Source of the DNA: an uncultured Mycoplasmatales bacterium
Lineage (GTDB): Bacteria > Bacillota_I > Bacilli_A > Mycoplasmatales > Mycoplasmoidaceae
Reading direction: 5' to 3'
DNA length: 36,212 nucleotides
NCBI GenBank assembly: GCA_964538585.1
Contig: CAZIEX010000003.1
Coordinates: forward strand, 1-36,212
The position numbers and the translations under genes are program-made. The notes beneath the pieces were generated by a model, which saw only the letters and a list, made by a program, of their open reading frames with translations, was not told where the DNA came from and made no database searches. This document shows, piece by piece, positions 20,519 through 31,550 of this stretch (within the stretch, counting starts at the first letter, position 1; each line of letters opens with the position of its first letter).

Positions 20519-23479
20519 CTAATTTGTTTGTTCATCAGAACCAAAATCATTTTGAGCTTGTTCAAGTTCAACTTGGTAAATACTTGTAACACCTTTATTT
20601 TGCATAGTAGCACCATATAAGATATCACATTTTTCCATAGTACCAGGGCGATGAGTAATAACTATGAATTGTGTGTTTTCACAATTTTGTTGAATAATAT
20701 TAGCAAAACGTTCAACATTAGCAGGGTCTAGTGCAGATTCTGCTTCATCTAGAATAACAAGTGGGAAATTTTTGATATTTAAAATAGTAAATAAAATACT
20801 TAAAGCTACAAGTGATTTTTCTCCACCAGATAGCAAACTTAAGTGAGCTACATTTTTTCCAAATGGTGCTGCAGTAACATCTAACCCAGATGTTAATACA
20901 TGTTCAGGATCAACATATTCCACTCGACAAGTTCCACCACCAAACAAGTATTTGAATACATTTGGTAACATTTCATTAACTTTATCAATAGTATTTGAAA
21001 ACTCTTTTTGTGCTTTAGTATCAAGTTTTCTAATTACTTCAGACATATCATCATGTGCTTTTTGTAGTTCTTCTTGCTGTTTAACAAGAGTTTCATAACG
21101 ACCTTGATTTTGATTAAGTTCATTTAATGCTTCCATGTTAATTGGACCTAATCGAGCAATATCTTCTCTTAATTGGTCAATTGTTTGTCTAGCTTCATAA
21201 TCACTAATAGGTAATTCTTGATTATAATTTTCCATTGCAAATTCAAGAGTCATTTTGTAATCTTCATTGATTTTAGTTTTGGCATTTTCAAGAATAGATT
21301 CACATTTAACTTTTTCTACTTCATGTTTACTAACCACATCACGTGCAGCATCTAATTGAAATCTAATTTCATTAATTTTAGCTTCTTGGTCTATTAATTG
21401 GCTCTTATAGATTGCTTTATTATTACGGTTAATTGTTAGATCTTCATTGATTTTATTACGACGAGCAACTAATTTTGCTAATTGTTCATCAATAGTGTTT
21501 TGATCAAGATGAGCAATTTTTGATTCTATGTTATTAGCTTTTAGTAATTGGTTATAGTCTGCTTCATATTTAATTAATTGATTTTCATTAGTATGAAAAG
21601 ATTCTTCATAACGTGATAGCAAAATTTTACGTTCACTTTGTTTAGATGAAATATCATTTAAATCAGCAATAATTTTTTCAAGCTCAAGTTTAGTGTTAAT
21701 TAATTCATCATTAATTTGTGGATATTGTTTATTCAATTCATCTAAAATTTTTTGAGGATTAGCAACTTGTTCAAAATTTGCCTTATTAATGTAGCCACCA
21801 GTAACTGCCCCACCAGGACTAATTAGTTCACCATCAAGTGTAATAACCCTATATAATTGGTAAGTCAAACGTGATAGGTTAAAAGCATCATTTAAATTAT
21901 CAGCAATGATAACATTACCCAGTAAGAAGCGATAAATATTTTCATATTCTTCTTTATATTTGACCAATTCACTAGCAATTCCAATATATCCTTGGCGATT
22001 AGTTAATACATCCAAGTGCTCTGATTTAAGACCTTTTGGTCGAATACTTTGCAATGGTAAGAATGTTGCTTTACCTGCTCGATTTTGTTTTAAAAAATCA
22101 ATAGCATTTTCAGCATCAACATCTTTTTTAACAACAATGTTACTAGAAGATTTACCTAATGCAACATCCATTGCAATTTGGTATTTATCATCTATTTCAA
22201 TAAAATCATTTACTAGACCACAAATACCAGTTAATGCTTTTTTGTTTTCCAATATTGTTCTTACACCAATTGAAGTACTATTTTGGGAATTAATTTGATC
22301 AACTAGATGTTTAATTTTAGTTCTAATTTCAACAAGTTTATTAGATTGGTCATTAGCTTGAGAAGATAAATTATCACGTTTTTTAGTTAAATCTTTAATA
22401 ATTTCTTCATAAGTGTTAACTGAGTCACTTAATTTATCTGTATTTTTCTTAGCATCTTCAATAGTAAACTTAGTTGAACTAATTAAACTTTCTAGTGCTT
22501 CAATTTTTTTATTTAAATTATCACTTGTTAAATCAGCTTGTAATTGAGAATTTAGTGAAGATTTTTTGATTTCTAATTTATTAATATTTTCAACTAATTC
22601 ATTAAATTCTTTAGTTAAAACTTCAATATTTTTTTCTGCTTGTTCTTCTTTTTGACGTGAAAATTGTATTGATTGATTTAATTCTTTAATGTTAGGCTCA
22701 AATACTGATAATTTATCTTTAGCATTTGCTGCATCTTTGTTAATGGTTTTTAATTTCTCACTAAAATATTTAAGATCTTTAACCATCATAGTTAAGTCTA
22801 ATTGTTTCAATTGAACCATTTTTTCTTCATAAATTTTTGCTTTATCTGCTTGTTTACGAAGCTTATTTAATTGATTTTTTAATTCATTGGTTATATCATT
22901 TATTCTGTTGAGATTTTCATCTGTTTTTTCTAATGACTTAACAGCTTCATCACGTTTTTTTAGATATAAACCAATACCAGCAGCATCTTCAAAGATTGTT
23001 CGACGGTCTTCTGGCTTAGCGTCAACAAATCATTGCACTGTACCTTGTGAAATAATACCCAATGAACCCTTAGACAATCCAGTATCCAAAAAGATATCTT
23101 GAATATCTTTTAAGCGGCAAGGTTCATTATTTAAAAAATATTCATTATTTCCTTCACCACGAGTTAAACGTCGAGTGATAGTAATTTCATTTTCATCATG
23201 ATGCAATACATGATTAGAATTATCAAAAACTAATGTGATTTCTGCACATTTAGCTGGTTGATGCTCTACTGAGCCATGAAAGATAACATCCTCACTAGTT
23301 TTACCACGGAGAGTTTTATTAGATTTTTCTCCTAAAACTCATTTGATAGCATCAACAATGTTAGATTTTCCACTTCCATTGGGTCCTACTACACCAGTCA
23401 TCTGGTGTTTAAAATCAATTTCAACTTTAGTAGCAAATGATTTAAAACCATTAGCAATTATTTTTTTAAGAAAAAGCAT
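20519..23479 (-). CDS. smc: Chromosome partition protein SMC (986 aa)
   Basis: Walker A GPNGSGKSN at the recovered N-terminus, long coiled coils, a hinge, the LSGGEKSL signature and LVILDEAESALD. Confidence 0.95.
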
Positions 23480-23497
23480 AAATTAAAAAAATTATAT

Positions 23498-24193
23498 TTA
23501 TTTAATTGTGGTAGGTATTATATCTTCTGTCAACTTTTTTATTGCTGCTTTTGCAGCATCTTGTTCAGCAATCTTGATTTTTTTTCCTTTGCCTGTACCA
23601 TAGCATATTCCATCAAGATATAATTTGGTAGTGAATGCGTTATCATTTAGTTTAGTTGTGAGATATTTAATAGTGTTTTTGTTATATTTTTTTGTTAACT
23701 CTTGAAATAATGATTTGTAATCAGTTGAAAAATTAAGAGCAGATTTAATATTTTTATCTGTACATAATGTATTAATAACAACTTGTTTGGCAATATCAAA
23801 TCCTTGATCAAAATAAATTGCTCCAATTAGTGCTTCATATACATCTTCATAGATTTTATCAAGGTTTTTATTAATATGAAAACTATTACCAATAAGGAAA
23901 TAGTGATTAAGTTTTAATGCTTTAGCAACTGTAATTTCAGAGTGAGATTGAACAATGATAGTTCTTAATTTAGAAAGATTACCAACCTTAGCATTTGGAT
24001 TTACAGAATTTAAGAAATCACTAGTAGATAAACTAATAACTGCATCACCAATAAATTCTAATTTTTCATAATTATATGGCAAATGATGATCATTTGCATA
24101 AGATGAATGAGTTAAAGCCTCAATATAGTAGGAAATTTTATTGGGTTTAATTCCTAGCTTTTCAAGCAATTCATGAATCAAACTATTTTCCAT
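23498..24193 (-). CDS. rnc: Ribonuclease III (231 aa)
   Basis: EKLEFIGDAV catalytic motif and a C-terminal dsRBD. Confidence 0.95.
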   Translation of the reverse strand: MENSLIHELLEKLGIKPNKISYYIEALTHSSYANDHHLPYNYEKLEFIGDAVISLSTSDFLNSVNPNAKVGNLSKLRTIIVQSHSEITVAKALKLNHYFLIGNSFHINKNLDKIYEDVYEALIGAIYFDQGFDIAKQVVINTLCTDKNIKSALNFSTDYKSLFQELTKKYNKNTIKYLTTKLNDNAFTTKLYLDGICYGTGKGKKIKIAEQDAAKAAIKKLTEDIIPTTIK

Positions 24194-25160
24194 TAAAATA
24201 TTCCTTTGCTTTTTCTATATAGTTTGATTTAATCATTTCATATAAAATTTTTAATCCAGCATATGTTTGTTTAGCATCACTTGAACCGTGGATTTTTACT
24301 GCAGGTTTATTCAATCCCAAAATCATTGCTCCAGCATTACCTTTATAATCAAAAGCTTTATTAAAAGAGAGAAATGATCCAATAGAAGTTAAAGCTCCTA
24401 ATCAATTTCAAGGTTTTTTGTATTGTTGAACTAATAAGTCTTTAACTTTAGTTAAAGTACCTTCGGCAGTTTTTAATAGAATATTCCCTGTATATCCATC
24501 ACAAACACCAATATCAATAGTATCAGCAAATGCATATTTAGGTTCAATGAAGCCTAAGTAATTTAAATTTTTATCCTCTCTTAGTAATTTATCTGCATCT
24601 TTATGATATTGATATCCTTTAGTTTGCTCAGTTCCAATGTTAATAATTCCAATTCGAGGATTTTCAACATGAAGAATTTTATTTCAAAATATTTTTGCTA
24701 ATATAGCAAAGTTATATAAATCTTGTCCATTGCAATTGATGTTTGCACCAACATCAATAATGTTCATTACCTTATTTTTATTGATTGGAAAAAATGGCAT
24801 AAATCCAGGTTTTAATCCTGGCATCAATGTTTTTAATAAAAAATAACATAAAGAGACATAACAAGCAGTAGAACCTGATGAAATAACACCTTCAACTTTG
24901 TTATTCATCAAAGCTTCAATTGCTTTATACATACTTGAATCAGTTTTACGTAAAGTGTCAATTGGTTCATCAGTAGGATTAACTACATCACTAGCATCTA
25001 ATATGGTGAATTCGTTTTCTTTGATATATTCTTGAATATTAGTTTGTTTGCCAACAAGTAAAATTTCAACATCTTTATGCTTTTTAGCAAAAGAACGACA
25101 CGCAGTTATCATGTCTTTTATATTAGTTTCAGAACCCATTAAATCAAAAGCTATCTTCAT
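24183..25160 (-). CDS. plsX: Phosphate acyltransferase PlsX (325 aa)
   Basis: The C-terminal 167 codons were translated through three TGA codons: NPRIGIINIGTEQTKG...GFIEP...CDGYTGNILLK...KIHGSSDAK. Overlaps the rnc start by 11 nt. Confidence 0.9.
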
Positions 25161-25162
25161 AG

Positions 25163-26002
25163 TTATTCAAGTAATAAAAAATTAGTTAAAAAGTAATCAA
25201 AATCTTTGAAATGTTTGATGATTGCTTCATTAGGAACATCAATTACAATTTTTCCTTCTTTAATAACAACACAACGTTTAGTATGATATAAAATTTCTCG
25301 AACATTGTGGCTAGATAAAACAAGAGTAGTTTTATGTTCATCTACGTATTCACGAATAATGTTATTTAAATAAAATTGCATATCAACATCAAGGGCAGTA
25401 GATAATTCATCTAAGAATACAATTTTTGGATTTGTCATAAAGCATAAAGTAACATTTAATCTTTGTTTTTGACCACCAGATAATTTATATGCATTATGAT
25501 TTAATAGTTCCTTTAATTGAAATAGATCAATTAAATTAGCAATATCTTTAGGAGCCAAAGGATTAATAATAATTGAATTTTGAATTTTTATTAAGTCATA
25601 GACTGTAAAACCATAAGGACAAGAAGCATCTTGAAATTGAATACCAATAGCTTCTTGCGGAGTTTTTTTGTAAGGAAATAAATATTCAATAGTTCCAGCT
25701 GTTTGTTTCTCTAATCCAATAATTATTTCTAGTAATGTTGTTTTACCTGCACCATTTGCTCCAAGTAAAGCGATTTTATCATTTTCATAAATAGTTAAAT
25801 CAATATTTTGTAAAACTAGATTGTGTTTAAATAAATTAACATATATTTTTGATAAATTTTTAATTTTAATTACTGGTTTATTGGAACCAGGAGTGGGTTG
25901 AAAACAATTAAATTTAGAAAGAAGTTTAACAAAATGAGGATCTACTTTTTGTTTAATTTCTTTGTTATTAATATTATCTTTAGTTTTGAGCTTTTTTTTC
26001 AT
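25163..26002 (-). CDS. ABC transporter ATP-binding protein B (279 aa) with a roughly 43-aa basic N-terminal extension
   Basis: Walker A GANGAGKTT, signature LSGGQKQR, Walker B IVFLDE and an H-loop SSHN. Confidence 0.9.
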   Translation of the reverse strand: MKKKLKTKDNINNKEIKQKVDPHFVKLLSKFNCFQPTPGSNKPVIKIKNLSKIYVNLFKHNLVLQNIDLTIYENDKIALLGANGAGKTTLLEIIIGLEKQTAGTIEYLFPYKKTPQEAIGIQFQDASCPYGFTVYDLIKIQNSIIINPLAPKDIANLIDLFQLKELLNHNAYKLSGGQKQRLNVTLCFMTNPKIVFLDELSTALDVDMQFYLNNIIREYVDEHKTTLVLSSHNVREILYHTKRCVVIKEGKIVIDVPNEAIIKHFKDFDYFLTNFLLLE

Positions 26003-26010
26003 GTTAATAC

Positions 26011-28074
26011 CTAGTTATTTTTCTTTTTATATTCCAATCTAGCTTTTGATTTTTTAACAAGTGAGGTTACAAAAAGTATGACTATTACAACACCTACCAA
26101 TCCATAGCAAATTCCTAAGATGGTATATTCAGTGTAGCTTTTTGTAAAACCAGTAATATCATAAGTGATATTTCAAGTTTCATTGAATAATCCAAAAATA
26201 GCTGTAGCAATTTGATTGATTGAAGCATTTTCAGATATATTTAACGAAGAAGGAATATATTCATCATGCGAAATTGCTCCAAATCCTACAATTTGAATTT
26301 TTCCTGCAACATTGTTACTATAAGATGTGCCAGTATGAACATCAGTTGGAGAATTGTACAAATCACTAGGTATAACTGATGTTCCTAATTGATCAGTTTG
26401 ACATCCACTTAGTGCAATAAAATCTTTTAAAATATTAGAAAAAGCATATTTATATTGTGTTGCATGATTAGAAAAATAACTTGGAAGAAGTGAATAATCA
26501 ACTATTTCATCATATCTACTAAGATCTTCAGAAAAACCATAACTTAAACTTGGATAATTAAAAGCTAAATTTTCTTCAGGGAAAGTAAGTCCATACTTCA
26601 AATAATGAGCTAGCTCATTAGAAGTGGTACAAAAACCATCAGTTTGATATACACCTAAACCAAGAATATACTCAATAGTATTAATAAAACTATCAGAATC
26701 AATGTAATTGTATGTTGTATAAGTCATATAACTACGTTGGTAAGAAAAATAAATGTAATTTGGTAGAAGTTCAGCAAGTATAGGTTCTTTTCAACTTTCA
26801 ACCATAGATTGTCAATTATGTCTATCTAGAATTGATGGTGAACTATTTTCGATCAATAAAAAATTGATATATGAAAGATAGTTGTAGTCCAAATCTACAC
26901 CAATATTATCATCAATTGTATTTTTTCATTTACTTCCAATTGGTGAAGCATCATCATAGTTTTCATATCGACATTTAACAAGAGTTAAGAGTGAGGGATA
27001 ATCAGTATAAGTTGTGAATAATTCATTTCGAGAAGCAAAAGTTGTTGAATCAGATGTAGGAACTCAATTATAACTTTTATCAAAAGCACGATATGAATAT
27101 GTATTAATATAGCATAAATGATTATGAGATAAATTTATACCTGTTATACAACCATCAGTATTTGTATTAGTACTATTTCTGCTATCTACTGCTGCTGCAC
27201 CATTCATTTGTAATAAAACATTAGGATAAGTTGTTGTATCTTCAAACAATCAACCATCACAATTCTTGTTTGGAATTGAAGCTATATTGGGAACAATTCG
27301 TAGAGAGTTATAACTTAAATCAATAGTTCCAATACTAGCTTTAGTCTCAGATGTACCACAATTGTTTAAGGCAGTAAGTATAGCATCTCATAACATTGGA
27401 TTCAATAAAGACAAAACAGCATTATCTCGATCTAGATCATTAGATAGAAGAGTAGAGAAATCTAAATCAAGTTGTTTAGTAGTGGTATCAATATTATTCA
27501 ACACAAAATCATTAATGGTTTCATATGTACATTTATCTTCATAAATGTCACCACCATTATCAAAATACAAAGCAAGATTACGGTCTCCAGCAAAAACTTG
27601 ATAAAAAGTGTTGGCATTAACATCACTATCATCTGCAGCAATGTAAGCAAAACAATTAGCTGCTTCTCAATTAGTGTTGACACTATAAGTGTTCATTGGA
27701 GTTGAACAAGGATTATTATCTAAATTATAAATACATACATTAGTATTGTCATCATAGTAAAGGTTACGATAACGATCAAGTGTGTAGTCATAATTATTTG
27801 ATATTTCACTACGATAAACAGAAATTAGGTTAATATTTTCTTTAGTAATATCAGGGTAATAATATTGTTGATTAATATTAGATAAAGAATGATAATTGTG
27901 TGTGAAAGGAGTAAAAGAAAAAGAATTTTTTGGTGTGTATTCAGAAGTTAAACTGTAATTTACAGTTTGATATGGTGATTGACCATACAAAAATAATGCA
28001 GTACAGCAAGTAGTGGCTGCTAGAGCAGCTGCTGTGATTGTTAAGATTGATTTCATTAAATTAATTTTTTTCAT
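26011..28074 (-). CDS. P2: 687-aa double-anchored surface protein (N-terminal TM, Tyr/Asn/Ser/Thr-rich ectodomain with LRR-like motifs, C-terminal TM plus basic tail)
   Basis: Four track fragments in one frame, joined by TGA. I translated all the gaps and found no TAA or TAG. The ATG at 28074 is preferred over the track start at the GTG at 28086. The C-terminus is ...ILGICYGLVGVVIVILFVTSLVKKSKARLEYKKKNN. Confidence 0.75.
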
Positions 28075-28088
28075 ATTATCTTTCACAT

Positions 28089-28919
28089 TTACAAATGCAC
28101 ATTTACAAAACTAGAAATATCTTTGTATTTTTTTAGAATTTTGGCAACATCAGCATCAATTGATATCTTACCATTTTCTAGAAATATTATTCTATTTGCT
28201 AATTTTTCAATTTCTAAAATATTATGAGAAATACAAATTAATGTACATTTGTGCTTTTGAATATATTGTTTGATGTAATTTAGAATTTTTTTCTGTGAAA
28301 AAACATCAAGACCAGTAGTCAATTCATCCAAGAAAATAAGTTGTGGTCGAGAAACTAATGCTAAGAAAATATTCAATCTTTGTTTTTGTCCTCCAGATAA
28401 ACTATTTGCTTCAAAATTCATAAGTTTTCTTAAATTAAATACATCGATCATTTCTTCTTTTTCATTAGGATCAACAAAATTAAAATTTCTAATTTCAATT
28501 AAGAAATTAATAATATCTTTAACTGCTAAACCAGTTGGATATGATGAAGTTTGAAATTGTACTCCCAGTTTTTCATAAGGAGAATTTAAATATGAAAAGC
28601 CAAAATTAATATTACCCATTGTTATTGGTAAAACTCCAGAAAACATTTCAATTAACGTTGTTTTTCCTGCACCATTTTTTCCTACCAAAGCAATACAATC
28701 ACCATCATAAATTGTTAGATTTAAATGATTAATTACTGTTTTTCTTTTCTTTTTGCTATGAAGATTGAAAATTTTAGTAACATCTGTTGCTTTTAAAATA
28801 ACTTTTTTATTAGGATTAGGAGTATATGCTAAACTTTGATCAAATTTAACTACTTTCTTTCTAGCACAAGTAGATTTTGAACTATTTAAATATTTAGTAA
28901 TTTTTTTCAAACTTCACAT
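28089..28919 (-). CDS. ABC transporter ATP-binding protein A (276 aa), paralogue of 25163..26002
   Basis: GKNGAGKTT, LSGGQKQR and LIFLDE motifs. The ATG at 28919 is followed directly by TGA (MWSLKK...), whereas the track begins at an internal TTG at 28910. Confidence 0.9.
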
Positions 28920-28923
28920 ATTG

Positions 28924-29796
28924 TTAATTTGTTTCTCTTCTTAATAAAATTACAGAAGTGCATATAGCAAACACACCATAAGGCACTGTCATATTTAGAA
29001 TTTTATCCACTGGAGTTAAAACAAGAAATGGGTAACTGGTTAGTCCATTAAGTTGTGCATAATATGGAGTAGAAAAATCAAAAATACTTGATCCATAAAC
29101 ATTAAATGTACTTGCTTTAGAATAAATAGCTTCAAAAGCAGAAGTTACTGGATAACGGACAAAATCAATATAGCTAATATATCACAAGCTAGGATGTTGT
29201 GATGGTACTAAACAAATAGGTGTTAAAAATCCGGCAAGTACAATTGATAAAAAGACAATTAATGTACCTACTAAAGAAATTACTGATACACTTTTGCAAA
29301 CCATTCCCATCATTGCACCAAAAGACATTGCAGTAATAAGATTTATGAAAATTACATATATAAGATCTAATCAATTGATTTGTCTAAAAGTAAAGAAAGT
29401 GATGTCTAACATTTCAGTTGATGAGAGACAGCACAATAAAACAGAGGCTAATGATATAAAAACAGTAATGATATTTAGAACACTATAAAACAAAATTCCA
29501 GCAATTGGTATTTTTCAAGGTTTGATAGATGAAGCCACAAGCATTTTACTAAATATTGAGTTCTTCAATTCAAAGATAGATTGTGGTAAAATCAACAAAC
29601 TTAACAAGTACATTGTTAAGAATATGATTGCTGGAATAATTAGTTCACCAATTGCAATTGATGTAGTTGAATTAATATGTAGGTTGTAAGCTGTTAAAAA
29701 TAGGAAAACAATGATAACAGGAATTACAAAAGTTAAAATTGGTCCAAAAATGGATTTTCAATAATTTTTATTGTAAATCTTTATCAATGAAAACAT
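28924..29796 (-). CDS. ABC-2-type transporter permease (290 aa, about 6 TM)
   Basis: Absent from the track because TGA codons break it up. My translation MFSLIKIYNKNYWKSIFGPILTFVIPVIIVF...RRETN is open from ATG to TAA. It shows six hydrophobic spans and a roughly 70-aa loop before the last one. Confidence 0.8.
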
Positions 29797-29801
29797 TTTC
29801 T

Positions 29802-31550
29802 TTATTTTTTATCCTGATAAATCATTTGAATATCTTTTTGCTTTCTTTTTTCAATTACTTTCTTTTTAAAAAATAAGCAATAGATAATGATACTAATGAG
29901 TGCAAAAGCAATACAACCAAGTATTATTCCCTCTAGAATCCACATTACATTTACATGTTGATATCCACTTATTGAAATAGAAAAGAAATATGCAATTGTA
30001 GATGAAGGTGTATAAATTGTATAGTCCTCATTCTCATATGAACAAAAATTAGGATCACCAACATTAATAGAAAGACATATTTGTCCAGTATTTGTTGAAT
30101 AATCTGGATATGCATAGAAGTTATTGCTTCCATATATGGCATTAACAAGTATTTGCATATCAGTTAATTCATCAAATATGTAATTAGAAGACAAGAAATT
30201 TTCATTTAGATATGTGATAATTAAAGCTTCAAGACATTCGCCATTTGTATACTCTTTACTACTTGTAAGTAGACTCAATTCAGGAATTAAATTAGCTAAA
30301 TCTTGATTTGTTGTGCTTAATTTCAAACTACTAGGTTCAACACCATATTTTTCAAGAATAAAATTATTAATTGCTAATTTAATAACATTAGTATTAGTAT
30401 AAATAGCAGTTGTTTGATAATTATTTGTTAAATCTTCTTCAGTAGTAGAATCAGGTGAAGTAACTAAAACATTAGTATATTGATATAAAGGAGCATCTAA
30501 TTCAGAAATACTAGGCGAAAATAAGTTTCTTAAATAATTACCATATACTTCAATAGTTCCATAAGTAGTAGTACTTGTAGCCATTAAATTGGTAATGTCA
30601 TATCCAGCTTCTTTAATATGAGAACTAGCAGATCTGTAAGCAAAGGTATAAGGCAATATTGTTAAATGATTGTTTGATAAATTAATATCACTTAAATTAC
30701 TAAAACCAGAATATTGAGCACTTGAACCATAATCAGATGAAGCAATTGTTTCGTTGGTTGCTCTAAAAATATAACATTTTTCATATGTTGATTCAGAACT
30801 CGGAGTTACATCAACATAACCAAAGAAAGGAACATATCAAAGATCATTATTTGATAAATCAATTGAAGTAAAATAACTATAAATTGAACTTGAGTAACCA
30901 CTTGGTATTTCATAAAAGAATGGGCAATTTAATACTTTTACGGTGTCATCAGCATAAGGATCACTTAAAAAATCACCTTCTAAGTCTAAACAAACATCAT
31001 TACCAGAAGCTGATTGAGTTTGCAAATTAGTTATGATTTGTGATGCACTAACATATGAGCTATCAATATTACCAGATGTTCCTTCAGCCAAAGTGCAAAA
31101 GAATGAAGCCAATTTTGAATTTAGAAAAAATTGATGATAAGTAAGATGTTCAGGGTGGAGTGGTCATCCATTTTGATCAAAAAAATCTTCAGGATCTTGT
31201 GTATAGCTTTCAGGAACACTTATACCAAGTAAATTTCATAATTGCACATAATCAGGAGCTAATGTATGAGAAGTAAAAGTGGTTTCATAATAATCTGTGT
31301 TTGTTGAATCAACACTAGCAGAATACATATGTGGTGTAGGATATGTGATAAAACCGACAGAATTTGATAATGTTCGCGGTGAAAGTTCTACATAAGTATC
31401 ATTTATAAAATCATTGCTAGAACTTTTAAGAGAAATGTTGTAATTATTAAATGTTGTATTGTTATAACCAACAAAAGCAATAGTAGCAATGCCACCAATG
31501 CCTAATAAACCTAATAATGATCTTAAAAAATTTTTATTTCTTTTTTTCAT
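29802..31550 (-). CDS. P1: 582-aa double-anchored surface protein, paralogue of P2
   Basis: Three track fragments in one frame, joined by TGA, with the gaps translated. N-terminus MKKRNKNFLRSLLGLLGIGGIATIAFVGY and C-terminus ...ILEGIILGCIAFALISIIIYCLFFKKKVIEKRKQK.... The ATG at 31550 overlaps the galU 3' end by 17 nt. Confidence 0.75.

Noticed and set aside
25992-25999. A8 tract (T8 on +) right after the ATPase B start codon, plus A7 tracts at the starts of P1 (31541..31547) and ATPase A (28901..28907), as phase-variation switches.
   Set aside because: These tracts encode the Lys-rich N-termini (MKKK...) that are common in this AT-rich genome. Runs of 7-8 A are expected here, unlike the G8 tract. 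They are not distinctive without population data.
27985-28074. P2 N-terminus as a lipoprotein signal peptide (…AALAATTC-C…).
   Set aside because: The Cys residues sit in the middle of a continuous 22-residue hydrophobic stretch. The paralogue P1 has an equivalent helix with no Cys at all. An uncleaved signal-anchor TM is the more consistent reading for both.
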